Virus record (IMG/VR): IMGVR_UViG_3300023174_007026
Coordinates: 11,444-75,443 of that record
Reading direction: 5' to 3' (one strand)
DNA: 64,000 bases
From: a virus
How positions within the stretch are numbered: position 1 is the stretch's first letter; every line of letters begins with the position of its first letter. The notes under the pieces were generated by a model that had not been told where the DNA came from, made no database searches, and was given only the letters and a program-made list of their open reading frames with translations. Positions 1 through 10,339 of the stretch are shown here, one piece after another. A program made the position numbers and the translations under genes.

Positions 1-2113
1 TACAGAGCTGACACCTGTGTATCAAAATGCTGATACATTCAGAACAGACATCAACAGCATAGTTAACTTTGCTAGCAGTGTAATTACACCACCTTTGAGC
101 GCTGCTACACAAATTCTCAGCAGCAATGTATTCACTCAAATTGGTTTGAGGTTGCCATTGGCAGGTGGTACCATGACTGGATACATAACAGCCAATGCAG
201 ATCCTACTTCACCATTGCATACAGCTACCAAAGGATATGTTGACAGTGCTGATGCATTGCGTGTACCATTGAGTGGCGGTACTATGACAGGGTTCCTGTC
301 TGTAGCAGTTCCAATAAGATCTGTTGAAGTAGCAAATAAGCAATACGTTGACTCTTTGTTTGCTGCTAGTACAGCAGCTGCTGTTGAATTGATTCGTGGA
401 GCCAAAGCATCTAGATTTTTGTATGGATTTCCTTTTGAAGGTGGTGCAGTAAGTCAGGGAACTCGTGGCAAATTTTTCTATTTGGATGGTCTCAATCGCC
501 TGAGAATGAGCGGCAGAGATGGAAATTATGTAAATACAGGCAATTTTAATCCTCTGTTTGGTGGTGGTGGAACTGGTCAAGCATACAGTACAACATACAA
601 TGCATTTTTAAATACTATTGTTCCAATTCAGATGGAAACCAATGAATATGCAGTAAGTGCAGTTGGAATTGGTGCTGCTTCTTTCTTGATGACCAACAAA
701 GGTAACGTTTACAGTACAGGGCAGAATTCAATGAATCATCCTGAAGTTAGTATTGTATCAAATGGATTTCTAGGTATTAATAATACTACAACACCTTATT
801 TTGAAACATGGCAAAAAATTTCCAATTCTACTTTTGGTGGTGCATCTGCAATACAAATTGCAGCAACAGAAGTAACAGGAGGTTTTACAAGACCTCGTGG
901 TCAAGTTGCAGTAATTGATACCAATGGCAGAGGGTATGCATGGGGTTCAAATAACTTTAATCAAATTTTAGATGCAACTGTCGATGCTGTAGCATATCCT
1001 GCTGTTTTGAGTGGTGGCAGCTTGGGCCAAAATACATTGAAGCAGGTTTTACCTGCAAATTGTGCAATGTTTGTCATTGATTCCAGCAACAAAGTGCATG
1101 TTCGTGGCAATGGAATTACTAATACGACAGTTAATAATTGGGCAGGAGGTTTTCAGCCTGGACTTGACAATGGCAGCTCATATGCCAAATTTATGGCATT
1201 GAACAGCAACACCACAGGTGCTGTTACATTTAGTGCTTGTTATTTTACTCCATTGAATGGATCACCTATAATAGGTATGCAAGCAGATCGACTTTACATA
1301 AGTGGTGCTATTGGAGGTGGTTCCATTGGTGCATACAATGTAAGCAGTGAAAGAGCTACTGTTATTACCAATTATTCTGTGGCAACTACTTATGCACTTA
1401 CAGCAGGTAGAATTTGGGCCACTGGTTACAATTGGTATGGTCAGTGTGCACAGTTGACTCAAGGCAATACTTTATCTACTTTTAGACCTGTATTGTCTGC
1501 TGCTGGTGCGCCACTCATGGGCAATTTCAAAGCAATTTACCCCAGTTGGTCAGGAGGAGTTTTGGCAGTAGAAGATAATGGTCGTACATGGGGCTGGGGT
1601 TGGAGAAAAAACATTGGATTGCCAGGCTCTGGTACCTTTGTTACTTCTGCTAGCATTATACCATCTTTATCTGCTTATAACATCAAGAAAATTCTAAATG
1701 CAACTGCAAATATAAATGCTTCCAACCCTGCTGCTGTTGCTATTACTACAGATGGAAAGGTACTTGCAACTGGCAGCAATAAATTTGGTGCCAATGGTCA
1801 AGGAACAATTACATCAACAGGTGCAGGATCAAGTACATGGTTACAAGTTAATTTACCTACAGGTGTATCTGCAATTGATGTCAACTATAGTGCATTTTTG
1901 TATAGTACCTCAGATGATGGTGATGATGATTTAACTGTTACAAATGCACCAAGTATTTATTTACTGACAACTGACTCACCTGATAAAACACTGTATGATA
2001 TATACGCATTTGGAAGCAATGCAGGTTTTTCATTGGGAATAAATCAAATGACCAACGCAGCTGTTGGCAGCAACGCTGTATCTTTGCCTATCAAGGTATC
2101 AATTAATTTGTAA
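1..2113 (+). CDS. Tail fibre / receptor-binding protein with RCC1-like repeats (5' truncated by window edge)
   Basis: Frame open to window start; LPLAGGTMTG...ATKGYVD / VPLSGGTMTG...ANKQYVD fibre repeats followed by RCC1-like units (GNVYSTGQN, GYAWGSN, IWATGYNWYGQ, VLATGSNKFG); Ser/Thr/Gly rich. Confidence 0.75.
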   Translation, partial: TELTPVYQNADTFRTDINSIVNFASSVITPPLSAATQILSSNVFTQIGLRLPLAGGTMTGYITANADPTSPLHTATKGYVDSADALRVPLSGGTMTGFLSVAVPIRSVEVANKQYVDSLFAASTAAAVELIRGAKASRFLYGFPFEGGAVSQGTRGKFFYLDGLNRLRMSGRDGNYVNTGNFNPLFGGGGTGQAYSTTYNAFLNTIVPIQMETNEYAVSAVGIGAASFLMTNKGNVYSTGQNSMNHPEVSIVSNGFLGINNTTTPYFETWQKISNSTFGGASAIQIAATEVTGGFTRPRGQVAVIDTNGRGYAWGSNNFNQILDATVDAVAYPAVLSGGSLGQNTLKQVLPANCAMFVIDSSNKVHVRGNGITNTTVNNWAGGFQPGLDNGSSYAKFMALNSNTTGAVTFSACYFTPLNGSPIIGMQADRLYISGAIGGGSIGAYNVSSERATVITNYSVATTYALTAGRIWATGYNWYGQCAQLTQGNTLSTFRPVLSAAGAPLMGNFKAIYPSWSGGVLAVEDNGRTWGWGWRKNIGLPGSGTFVTSASIIPSLSAYNIKKILNATANINASNPAAVAITTDGKVLATGSNKFGANGQGTITSTGAGSSTWLQVNLPTGVSAIDVNYSAFLYSTSDDGDDDLTVTNAPSIYLLTTDSPDKTLYDIYAFGSNAGFSLGINQMTNAAVGSNAVSLPIKVSINL

Positions 2114-2378
2114 TTGTTGCTCTTGCATTCTCAAGTGCAATCTCGCATTTGAGATCGTACAACATAGAATGATATCTCTCTTTGATGTATTTGCCAAATG
2201 CAATGGGATTTACCCAATCTACTTCATCTGGATCCACTTGCATGTCTGTCATCTTCTGATCTACAACTGAAATTGCTTCTGCCAGACACATCCAGCGGGC
2301 CTTTTCTTCCATGGACATGTTGATGCTTTGACTAGTAGTGGACTTGACGGACTGTTTATTTTGATTTTTGTTTTTCAT
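2103..2378 (-). CDS. Hypothetical protein
   Basis: 91-aa ORF coupled to upstream minus-strand genes. Confidence 0.6.
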   Translation of the reverse strand: MKNKNQNKQSVKSTTSQSINMSMEEKARWMCLAEAISVVDQKMTDMQVDPDEVDWVNPIAFGKYIKERYHSMLYDLKCEIALENARATITN

Positions 2379-2796
2379 AGCCTGATGTTATATACCCTGA
2401 CATTATAGCCAAGATTTCAGGTTCTGACAACTGTTTCCCATGACTTGCAACGAAAAACTGCCATGCTGTTTGCAAAACTTTGAGCAAAAGTGTAGCTTTT
2501 TCATTGAATATTGGATCATTTTCTTTGCTTTTAATGCCTTCAATGATTGCTGCATACAGATTTTCAATGGACTGCGTTTTGCCATACAGTCTGCCAATGT
2601 TGAATGGAGTTTCTACGTTGTTGATTCTGGCCCACTGCATTAAATCATGTAAACTAGAATTAATTTGAGGTTCAGCAGCAGGCAATGGCTGCGTAATGGA
2701 ACTTGCAACAGTTGTTGCTGCATTGTATAAATGACTTTGTGTCACATCTATGTTGTGATTTATATTTTGCAGCTGATTGTATGGTGGATTATTCAT
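2356..2796 (-). CDS. Hypothetical protein
   Basis: 146-aa ORF overlapping neighbours in operon fashion. Confidence 0.65.
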   Translation of the reverse strand: MNNPPYNQLQNINHNIDVTQSHLYNAATTVASSITQPLPAAEPQINSSLHDLMQWARINNVETPFNIGRLYGKTQSIENLYAAIIEGIKSKENDPIFNEKATLLLKVLQTAWQFFVASHGKQLSEPEILAIMSGYITSGYEKQKSK

Positions 2797-3232
2797 TTAC
2801 TTTATTTTCAATGACTTTTTGCTGCATTTGCTGTACCAAGTCACTGTGAGATGCATCCAAATCAAGTATTTGTGTAGGTAAAATGGTGCTCACTGATACT
2901 TTGCAATTGATCAATTTGTCACACATGGCACAATTGTAATAGTTTTGTCTGTTGAAGAATAGTGGCACAGTTTGTTCAATGTTGCGCTCGCATGGACAAG
3001 CAAGCTTCATGGTTTGCTTGTTGATCTCAGTTATTCTATCATTTGCAATCTGCTCAAATTCCTTTTGGCTCCTGTATTGCAAATAGGTATTGAAAATGCC
3101 ACCAAGCACAAAGTGTAAAACAAGGGACAACCCAAAGCCTCCAGGGAATCCCAATGGTGAATTTAAAGTGCATAAACCGACAAAGGCACTAATTAATACA
3201 GTAACCACAATGGGCACTAACATACTTTTCAT
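2789..3232 (-). CDS. Membrane protein with C-terminal Zn-ribbon-like motif
   Basis: Two N-terminal hydrophobic segments; CPC...CxxC. Confidence 0.6.
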   Translation of the reverse strand: MKSMLVPIVVTVLISAFVGLCTLNSPLGFPGGFGLSLVLHFVLGGIFNTYLQYRSQKEFEQIANDRITEINKQTMKLACPCERNIEQTVPLFFNRQNYYNCAMCDKLINCKVSVSTILPTQILDLDASHSDLVQQMQQKVIENKVNE

Positions 3233-3258
3233 GCCAGTAGTTATTCTGTTGCATTAAA

Positions 3259-3651
3259 TTATCCAGATATAGTGATTCTGTCTAATAACTTTCTCAAGCT
3301 GATAGAATCATTAGGAGTGTTGGAGTCATTGGGACCAGCAATGATGTCTAAAATTTTGTTGATTTGATGCAACATGATCTTGACTGTTCTTTTTTGAGAG
3401 TCTTTGAGAGCTGGATTGCTGAGTGATGCTCTGAGGCTGCTTTTGGCATTTGCAGCATTGATGTATGTATTTCCAATGAATTCGTGTAAATTTTGTAGTT
3501 CAAATGCAGTTACTGGATTGCTAGCAGGCGTATCTAGTTTGCTGCCATCAAAATCTCTGTATTCCAACGGTTTCAAGGAACCATCACGAACGCCAGCCAT
3601 TTTTGTTTGACCAGATACCTGGCGGTTGTAATCTTTTATTGACTGATCCAT
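3259..3651 (-). CDS. Hypothetical protein
   Basis: 130-aa ORF; TAAATA on minus strand 13 nt before ATG. Confidence 0.65.
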   Translation of the reverse strand: MDQSIKDYNRQVSGQTKMAGVRDGSLKPLEYRDFDGSKLDTPASNPVTAFELQNLHEFIGNTYINAANAKSSLRASLSNPALKDSQKRTVKIMLHQINKILDIIAGPNDSNTPNDSISLRKLLDRITISG

Positions 3652-3691
3652 GTTCTTTTATTTATTCTACCGCATAAATATAAATAAGCAT

Positions 3692-4138
3692 ATGTCAAAT
3701 AGAATCTTCGCAAAAATGTTCAGAGTTGTTTTAGAACAGGACCAACAACAAACTGGTGAACCTGCTGATGCACCAGAACAAATGACCGATGCACAAGCTG
3801 CTCAATCTCAACTTGGTGATGGTGCACAAGTATCTGAACTTGGTGCTGATATGAATCAACAAGCAGTGGAGATGTCTGCAAAACAGCAGCAAGCAATGAA
3901 TGCACGTCTGGAAGAGTGGATGGCTCAAGTAGGTGAGATGGTTGAATATCTCAACAGTCCCAATGGTGAATCAATTCAAAACGTTTTATCCAAAGCCATT
4001 CCTGATACACTGTTTGACAAAATCAAAAAAGGCGAGAGCAAGCGCATTGCTCGTGTAGCTGAAGAACTTGCTGGCTTGCAGCAGTCATTTGCTGGATACA
4101 GAGCTACCAGCAACAATCCTTCTTACAAGTACGTATAA
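3692..4138 (+). CDS. Late protein, possible internal head protein
   Basis: TAAATA at 3681 then ATG 3692; N-terminal VLE motif resembling a prohead-protease site. Confidence 0.65.
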   Translation: MSNRIFAKMFRVVLEQDQQQTGEPADAPEQMTDAQAAQSQLGDGAQVSELGADMNQQAVEMSAKQQQAMNARLEEWMAQVGEMVEYLNSPNGESIQNVLSKAIPDTLFDKIKKGESKRIARVAEELAGLQQSFAGYRATSNNPSYKYV

Positions 4139-5158
4139 TTAGTTGATGGTCTTGAGCATAATCTCTGCTTGAAGACCTTTGGCACAATGTTGCTTGATAA
4201 AATTGTGTGAAATGCTGTTGATGCCGTATTTGAGCGCAACATCATTGAAATCTTTGCATACAGTACCAATGTTCTTGGGCCAGATGAAAACAGTTTCACC
4301 TGCATCAATGAGTTTTTGAGTCTTGAGCCTGCTGGCACTGTCTAGCCATTGCGAGTCAAGCACCCAAATAAAATTGTAAAATCCGCTGATGCTGTTGATC
4401 TGCATTTGCTGACGTGATGAATACAATTGCATGCTCTTTTCTTGGATGCCTGCTACAGCTATGCCATTTTTAACAAAGCAGCAGTCAATGGGCCCTTCAA
4501 ATACAAATACATCATTGCATGCACTATCAATGTTGTTGAAGTTGAAGATGGCTCGATCACCATGAATCTTGCTCATGTACTTGGGTCGTTCATCATTTGC
4601 TTCAACGCTGCGAGATTGATAATAAACTATCTTGCCAGATGCATCAAAAAAAGGTAAAATGAGCCTGCCTTTGTGAGTCTCATCTTTGAGACATGCATAC
4701 AGTGCAGTTGGTTTGTTGATTGCACTCATGAGACCACGAGATACAGCATAATTATAAACTTGCTGCACAGTCTTGTTGTCTTTGTAGAATTCAACTTGAT
4801 TGGACTGCATCAAATTGATGCACTCTCCTGGCAATGATGGCACTTGCACCTTTTCTTGCTGCTTGGGCGCACTGTTGATGTCAACAGTATCAAATGATTC
4901 ACTATCATTTTGAATCTCGTGTTTGGTCATACCAGACACTTGCAACAACCATTTGAGAGGCTTGCTGCTCCATCCACAATTGTGACAAAAGATGCTTTCT
5001 TTGTCAGGAATATAATACAGTCGCTTTTTGCGCAACCAACTCTTGCCTTCTCTACAAATAGGACAGGAGCCCTGATAGGTTTTTGTCAACCTATTATACT
5101 TGGGGGCTCCTGCGTATTGATAGAACTTGGTAACTATGTAATGTTGAGGCAATTGCAC
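4139..5158 (-). CDS. DNA primase (T4 gp61-like)
   Basis: CPIC...CHNC zinc finger; TOPRIM EGPID and LD motifs; KDFND. Confidence 0.92.
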   Translation of the reverse strand: MQLPQHYIVTKFYQYAGAPKYNRLTKTYQGSCPICREGKSWLRKKRLYYIPDKESIFCHNCGWSSKPLKWLLQVSGMTKHEIQNDSESFDTVDINSAPKQQEKVQVPSLPGECINLMQSNQVEFYKDNKTVQQVYNYAVSRGLMSAINKPTALYACLKDETHKGRLILPFFDASGKIVYYQSRSVEANDERPKYMSKIHGDRAIFNFNNIDSACNDVFVFEGPIDCCFVKNGIAVAGIQEKSMQLYSSRQQMQINSISGFYNFIWVLDSQWLDSASRLKTQKLIDAGETVFIWPKNIGTVCKDFNDVALKYGINSISHNFIKQHCAKGLQAEIMLKTIN

Positions 5159-5171
5159 CTCTTAACATATA

Positions 5172-5354
5172 TTACTTATTCGGTTGTTCAACTTGTTTAA
5201 TTTCAACTAAACCCCTGTGAAAGAAAGCGCCGCTGGCAGGATCATACCAGTGAGCTTCCACATGGATCTGTTGACCAACTTGTTTTTCTACAATTTTAGG
5301 TGTAGACATTTGGCCGGTTGGGGAAACCATTTTGACTGGACGTACGTAATTCAT
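5172..5354 (-). CDS. Small hypothetical protein
   Basis: 60-aa ORF filling the gap between RNase H and primase. Confidence 0.6.
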   Translation of the reverse strand: MNYVRPVKMVSPTGQMSTPKIVEKQVGQQIHVEAHWYDPASGAFFHRGLVEIKQVEQPNK

Positions 5355-5358
5355 AATG

Positions 5359-6243
5359 TTATTTATTCAAACCTAGCAACTTAATGAGATTAGTCATGTT
5401 TTGTTGACCAAAAAAAGTTTTTCTCCAGCTTGCTGCATTATCAACAATGGTATTCAGATTCAGCTGCTTGCATGCATCAATGAATGCATCGAAATTTGGA
5501 ACACGATCAAGCTGTTGCAACTGCTGCTGCATGCGTGACAGTTCATTGGGTTGATGGTTGTAAGATTCATGCAAGTTCATCATTTTGTCATTGTGATGAT
5601 ATTGCAACACTTGATCTTGATTCAAGATTTGTGACATATCTGCAATGCCTGTAGCAATTTTCTTGGCTTTGCTGGGAGTTGTTACTTTGGCAATGTTGTC
5701 AGATGCATCTCCCACCAAACACTTGAACATCAAAAAGGATTCACGAGCAATGCCTGTAAATTCTTCAAAGTTGTTGGGTGTAACTACAACTTTTTTAGCA
5801 AGACTGTACATGTGAACATCATTGCTGACCAGTTGCAGCAAATCTCTATCAGATGATACAATCATCTTCTTGCCAGGCAGTTGACGTGTTAAGAAAGCAA
5901 TGACGTCATCAGCCTCCAAACAGAATGGGTAGATATTGTATACACCCAAATGATCAACCAACATTTTAATTTCGTCAGACTTTTCATATACTGCAGCTCC
6001 AATGGTTTTATCTCTATTTATTTTATAGGTTTCTGACGCAATTTGTTTGCGAAAACTTTTTTGTGTATGATCCAACATTGCATCCCATGCACAATATACT
6101 GCTGTTGGCTTGAACATGTCAATGTAACTTTTGAGAGACCGCAAAAAAAGCAACACTTGCATGTTGCTGTCTTGTTCATACCTCTTTTGAGACATGTGAA
6201 AAGAGCGATGAATAATGTTGCTGGCGTCAATTAGAAGATTCAT
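5359..6243 (-). CDS. rnh: 5'-3' exonuclease / T4 RNase H-like flap nuclease
   Basis: LLIDASN, YKINR, EADDVI, SSDRDLLQL, GDASDNI motifs. Confidence 0.9.
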   Translation of the reverse strand: MNLLIDASNIIHRSFHMSQKRYEQDSNMQVLLFLRSLKSYIDMFKPTAVYCAWDAMLDHTQKSFRKQIASETYKINRDKTIGAAVYEKSDEIKMLVDHLGVYNIYPFCLEADDVIAFLTRQLPGKKMIVSSDRDLLQLVSNDVHMYSLAKKVVVTPNNFEEFTGIARESFLMFKCLVGDASDNIAKVTTPSKAKKIATGIADMSQILNQDQVLQYHHNDKMMNLHESYNHQPNELSRMQQQLQQLDRVPNFDAFIDACKQLNLNTIVDNAASWRKTFFGQQNMTNLIKLLGLNK

Positions 6244-6520
6244 TTTTTTGGTATTGTTGTTCAACTGTAGCAAAGACGTCCTTGGGCAAACTCTTTACAT
6301 GTTCCAATATACCATTCTTTAAACCAAAATCAAACTTTTCCTTGGGAATATTTCTGTTGACCATGTTGGGTATGCTCAAAAAGCAGTGATGTGTCATTGA
6401 GCTGCGCACATAAATCAGAATTTCACCTACAAACACACCACATGTTACTGCATATGATGCAGAATAATGCGGATGAACCACTGGCTGTTTTTGAAAAAGT
6501 GATGTAATGAATTTAAACAT
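6227..6520 (-). CDS. Hypothetical protein
   Basis: 97-aa ORF in operon. Confidence 0.6.
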   Translation of the reverse strand: MFKFITSLFQKQPVVHPHYSASYAVTCGVFVGEILIYVRSSMTHHCFLSIPNMVNRNIPKEKFDFGLKNGILEHVKSLPKDVFATVEQQYQKNESSN

Positions 6521-6523
6521 GCA

Positions 6524-6862
6524 TCAATCATCGTTATAAAAAGCAGAATTGCTGCTCATCATGAATTTTTGCATTGCAAATGACAGTGCATCTGCTTCTT
6601 GACCATTGTGTGCTTGTATGATTTTAATGTGTGTTCCTTGGAAATCATAACCAATGATTATGAATGCTTGCAAAAACTCTTGCAGTGTTGCAGCTGCTGC
6701 AGCTGCACAATCTTCTTTATAAAATTTACCTGAATTGGTCTTGATGTAGTTGAGCAAAGCATCTTTTATAATATTTGATGCTTCTTTATCAATTTTTGGT
6801 TTTGATGTCTTGTTCTTCCTAGAATTGTCAGAACTCAATGCATCAGACAAACTATTACTCAT
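6524..6862 (-). CDS. Hypothetical protein
   Basis: 112-aa ORF in operon. Confidence 0.65.
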   Translation of the reverse strand: MSNSLSDALSSDNSRKNKTSKPKIDKEASNIIKDALLNYIKTNSGKFYKEDCAAAAAATLQEFLQAFIIIGYDFQGTHIKIIQAHNGQEADALSFAMQKFMMSSNSAFYNDD

Positions 6863-7193
6863 GTTGTTCTTTAGTCTTTACCACTGAAGGTACAACACCA
6901 CGTGACAACAGTGTTGTAATAATCACTTCAATGCTGGATGTTTTGATGGAGAAGTTTTTTGGAAAGTTTTTGCCACCATCATTGATTTCAAATAAGATTT
7001 CCTTGAATGTGTCTTTGTTTTCATAACATGTCACATACACACTAAATGCTCCAGGTTCAATGAGAATTGTCCAACGGCGAGGATCACTCTCTGCATAAGA
7101 TGAAAAGATGCGATGGGTGATGAAACCATTGTCTTTGAGTCTCTTGATGAAATATCCTGCAGTGCTGATTTTGTTGCGTGCGTTTTTGTTCAT
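6855..7193 (-). CDS. Hypothetical protein
   Basis: 112-aa ORF, ATGA-coupled to the clamp gene. Confidence 0.65.
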   Translation of the reverse strand: MNKNARNKISTAGYFIKRLKDNGFITHRIFSSYAESDPRRWTILIEPGAFSVYVTCYENKDTFKEILFEINDGGKNFPKNFSIKTSSIEVIITTLLSRGVVPSVVKTKEQHE

Positions 7194-7900
7194 GATGTAA
7201 ATGCAGATGTAATATACTTCAATTTATAGTTATCATTGAAAATATCAATGCATACAACGCCATGTTGTTCGTTGACACGCACTGTTATATTACTATTGTT
7301 GGTATAGCTCAAGCTTCTGATGAAGTCAAGGTTGATGGGCACAGCATCAAATGGCTTGGAAAATTCACCAAGCACCAATTCAATGCTGTCAATGTTGTGC
7401 CTTGACTTGTCTGTTAATTCACCATGCAGCAGTTTGCCATCACAGCTCAAATAAAGTTTATTAGAGTCATTTGCAAACGAACTAGCTTTGCACAGATCAG
7501 TAAGAGTTTGGCACCCCATGGTGAAAGAAATATCATATTCAAAAGACTGAATCTTTTTGATGTTGATGAGCGGCTGTGAAAGGATTCCATTGTCGAGCAA
7601 ATGATATTTAAATCGAACCATGGGTGATTTGTATTCCAAGTTGTTGTTATTTACCTTGAAAGCAAATTCATTATTGACATGATCCAGTGCTCTGGTAAGC
7701 TTTGCTAGACTAGGCATGTTGAGAAAGCCAGAATACTCTGACTTGCACGGCATACTACCATACAAAAAGCAGGTATTGTCAGGTGTCCCTATGAGACATG
7801 ATAAAGCATCTGCTGTTGTTGATAAGATAGCTGCATCATTAATTTTATTGACAGCTTTGAGAAATTGCACAAAGCTCTCTGGCAGTATAAGTTGGCTCAT
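7190..7900 (-). CDS. Sliding clamp (T4 gp45-like)
   Basis: 236 aa with two clamp-like repeats (FLKAVNKIN...; DLCKASSF...LHGELTD), in replication operon. Confidence 0.7.
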   Translation of the reverse strand: MSQLILPESFVQFLKAVNKINDAAILSTTADALSCLIGTPDNTCFLYGSMPCKSEYSGFLNMPSLAKLTRALDHVNNEFAFKVNNNNLEYKSPMVRFKYHLLDNGILSQPLINIKKIQSFEYDISFTMGCQTLTDLCKASSFANDSNKLYLSCDGKLLHGELTDKSRHNIDSIELVLGEFSKPFDAVPINLDFIRSLSYTNNSNITVRVNEQHGVVCIDIFNDNYKLKYITSAFTS

Positions 7901-7912
7901 GATATTAATATA

Positions 7913-8518
7913 TCACTGATTGTCTTTATTCCACTCTTTAACTGCATTTTTAGCTGTTGCATGCTCTTGTGTGGTGCTGGCATTGCAGTTGGTACAACGA
8001 ACTTCAAATGCATTGTTAGCAAGTGTTGAAACTGTTGCTTTGGTTCCACACAAAATACAATCACTGATTTTCTTCTTGGGTGCTGGCTGTGTCTTTTTAT
8101 TTTCCAGCAGGATTTTTTTGATGTCATACAAGACGTTGTATATATCTTGCAATACATTCTTTTCAGCTTGTTTAAAATTGAATTCAAGCTGAAATTCATC
8201 TGGTGCAGTTAGTGTTGGTGCAGGTGCAGCATGATGAATGGGCTGCACCTGTACAGGCATTGCTTGCGGTTGAGCAAAAACAGGACTCTGAACTGGCGGT
8301 AATTCCAGTTCAGAGTCATAGTTTGGTTGTGGAGGTTGCGCAACAATTGGAGTTGTAGCCAATGTTTCAAATTGACGTTTGAGGGCTTCACTGCGCCCTG
8401 CAAATTTGGCATTGCTACCAGCTGCAGCAATGTGAGTATCAATTTCTTTCATTTGCCCGTAAGTGTGTCCCAAGAGACCCAAAAGGGCGCGGTGCTGTTC
8501 AATTTGTTGCGGTTCCAT
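7913..8518 (-). CDS. Hypothetical protein with C-terminal Lar-like zinc ribbon
   Basis: CILCG...VRCTNCNA...AVKEWN; Pro/Gln-rich linker. Confidence 0.55.
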   Translation of the reverse strand: MEPQQIEQHRALLGLLGHTYGQMKEIDTHIAAAGSNAKFAGRSEALKRQFETLATTPIVAQPPQPNYDSELELPPVQSPVFAQPQAMPVQVQPIHHAAPAPTLTAPDEFQLEFNFKQAEKNVLQDIYNVLYDIKKILLENKKTQPAPKKKISDCILCGTKATVSTLANNAFEVRCTNCNASTTQEHATAKNAVKEWNKDNQ

Positions 8519-8521
8519 GCT

Positions 8522-9367
8522 TTAAATGCCTTCCAAGAGAGCCCGCATCTTGGCATCATCGTCATCGTCAAATGCTGGCGGTGAGTCAGAGTCTTCTGCA
8601 GGTGGTTGCACGTAGTTATGAACAGGTGCGGAAGATGCAAATGATTCTGTTGAAGGAGATGCACTTTTGTTGGCGAAATAATGTTCATCCAACATCTTTT
8701 TGAGCTCGTCATAAGACTTGACAGTCAAGACGCTCTTGAGTTCAGTTGTACTCTCGTACAGTTTATCAATTTGGTCAGCACTCAGCTTGAGATCAACAGA
8801 AGATGTAAAGCGGCTGGCTGTATAGTTTGCATAACCACCTTGGTCATCAACTTTGATCTTCAAGTTGACACCATTTGGTGACAAGTCAAACACCTTGATG
8901 CCAAATTCATCAGCATCTTCTCCATTGATGGCACTGTCAATGATGTTATGCAATTGCTTGCCGAACCTCAACAGCTTGACTTTGCCATTGTTGTCAGGAT
9001 TGGTGGGGTCATTGATGACGTACACATTTGCCAACCACTTTTCAGCGCGTTTGACGTTCTTGATTTTCTCTTTGTCAGCATCAGAACCTGCACGATATGC
9101 ACGAATGCGTTCTTCTGCAATGGGATCACGTTCACCCCAAGAAGTTGGTGATACAGCTTGGACATAGCCACCAGTACTGAAGCTGTTCCAGCCAAAAGTG
9201 TAGTAATGAAGCAGAGTATTTTCTGGATCTGCGACGTTGGGCAAAAGTCTTACAAGATATGTCTTGTCTTTTTCAAGAGTCAAAATGTCTTTGGTTGCGC
9301 TCTTGGTATTCTTTTGCTTGTTAAGTGCATCTTTGATGCTTTCGAACATGGATGAGTTGAATTTCAT
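8522..9367 (-). CDS. Single-stranded DNA-binding protein (T4 gp32-like)
   Basis: VRLLP, ANVYVINDPTNPDNNGKVKL.RFGK, FD...G.N, YTASRF, acidic C-terminal tail. Confidence 0.92.
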   Translation of the reverse strand: MKFNSSMFESIKDALNKQKNTKSATKDILTLEKDKTYLVRLLPNVADPENTLLHYYTFGWNSFSTGGYVQAVSPTSWGERDPIAEERIRAYRAGSDADKEKIKNVKRAEKWLANVYVINDPTNPDNNGKVKLLRFGKQLHNIIDSAINGEDADEFGIKVFDLSPNGVNLKIKVDDQGGYANYTASRFTSSVDLKLSADQIDKLYESTTELKSVLTVKSYDELKKMLDEHYFANKSASPSTESFASSAPVHNYVQPPAEDSDSPPAFDDDDDAKMRALLEGI

Positions 9368-9381
9368 ATTGATATTATAGT

Positions 9382-10038
9382 TTATGTTGTTTGTTTTGCT
9401 AGGTTTGTTGTTGTTATTTTTTGATATGCTTGTCTTGCATTGTCTTTACATTTGTTGGATGTAATGAATTTGGATATGTATGTGCTTAGTTTTTTGCTAA
9501 GATTATTGCCGATGATTTCATCTAGGTGTTGTGCACTGCCATTGAGTTGTTTATCAGCATCTGGAAATGCAAGCAGAGCATATATATTTATGCTAAACTG
9601 TTGCAAATGCAACACAAACCATGCAATGTTTGCAGGTGTTTTAGCATGCATATAATGTTGAAACTCAATGTTATTCATCTTACAAAATTTATAGATAAAA
9701 ATCATTGATTCTTTGATTTTATCCAAATTCCATTGACTATCTGCACTCATCATTTGCTCATAATTGTAAAGAGAAAACAACTTGATGGCTCGCATGCTCT
9801 TGTAAAATGGCAATTTGATGTGACCACCTTCTTGCATTTTAAATGGTGCATCAAAAAAGTCTTTGATGTTGATGTTGGGAAATTTTTGCAGCAACATTGC
9901 TATTTGTTTGCATGCTACAACGTTTTCACTGTCCAAGTCATCAAACTGCTTGCGTGGTGAGAATGGTTTGTTGTTGTGTGTCCTGCTGGCGTAAAGATAT
10001 TGATTGTATATCTTTTTTTCAAACTCATTCAATTGCAT
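9382..10038 (-). CDS. Hypothetical protein, possibly gp59-like helicase loader
   Basis: Size (218 aa), helical character and position just upstream of gp32; no diagnostic motif recognised. Confidence 0.4.
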   Translation of the reverse strand: MQLNEFEKKIYNQYLYASRTHNNKPFSPRKQFDDLDSENVVACKQIAMLLQKFPNINIKDFFDAPFKMQEGGHIKLPFYKSMRAIKLFSLYNYEQMMSADSQWNLDKIKESMIFIYKFCKMNNIEFQHYMHAKTPANIAWFVLHLQQFSINIYALLAFPDADKQLNGSAQHLDEIIGNNLSKKLSTYISKFITSNKCKDNARQAYQKITTTNLAKQTT

Positions 10039-10072
10039 AATTAACTATAATGCAGAAAATGAATAATGCTAC

Positions 10073-10339
10073 TCATTTCAACCCTGTTTTGATGGAGTTG
10101 AGATATTTTGAAATGTATTTGCTCTTGCAAAGATTTGGCTCGTAGTCAACAAAGATTTTAAAAATTTGGTAATCAGTTTCAAGGTCCAGCATGGTCTTGA
10201 AAATTTCCCTGTATTTTTTGTTTTTTAACAGTAGTAAAAAGATGTTGGGAAGGTTCAACTTTTTGCCATGCAAGATTGTCAAGAAGCTGCAAAATGCTAG
10301 CAGGTAATACTCAGTTTCATGTTGCTCAAATAAATTCAT
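10073..10339 (-). CDS. Hypothetical protein
   Basis: 88-aa ORF coupled to the DHH gene. Confidence 0.6.
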   Translation of the reverse strand: MNLFEQHETEYYLLAFCSFLTILHGKKLNLPNIFLLLLKNKKYREIFKTMLDLETDYQIFKIFVDYEPNLCKSKYISKYLNSIKTGLK

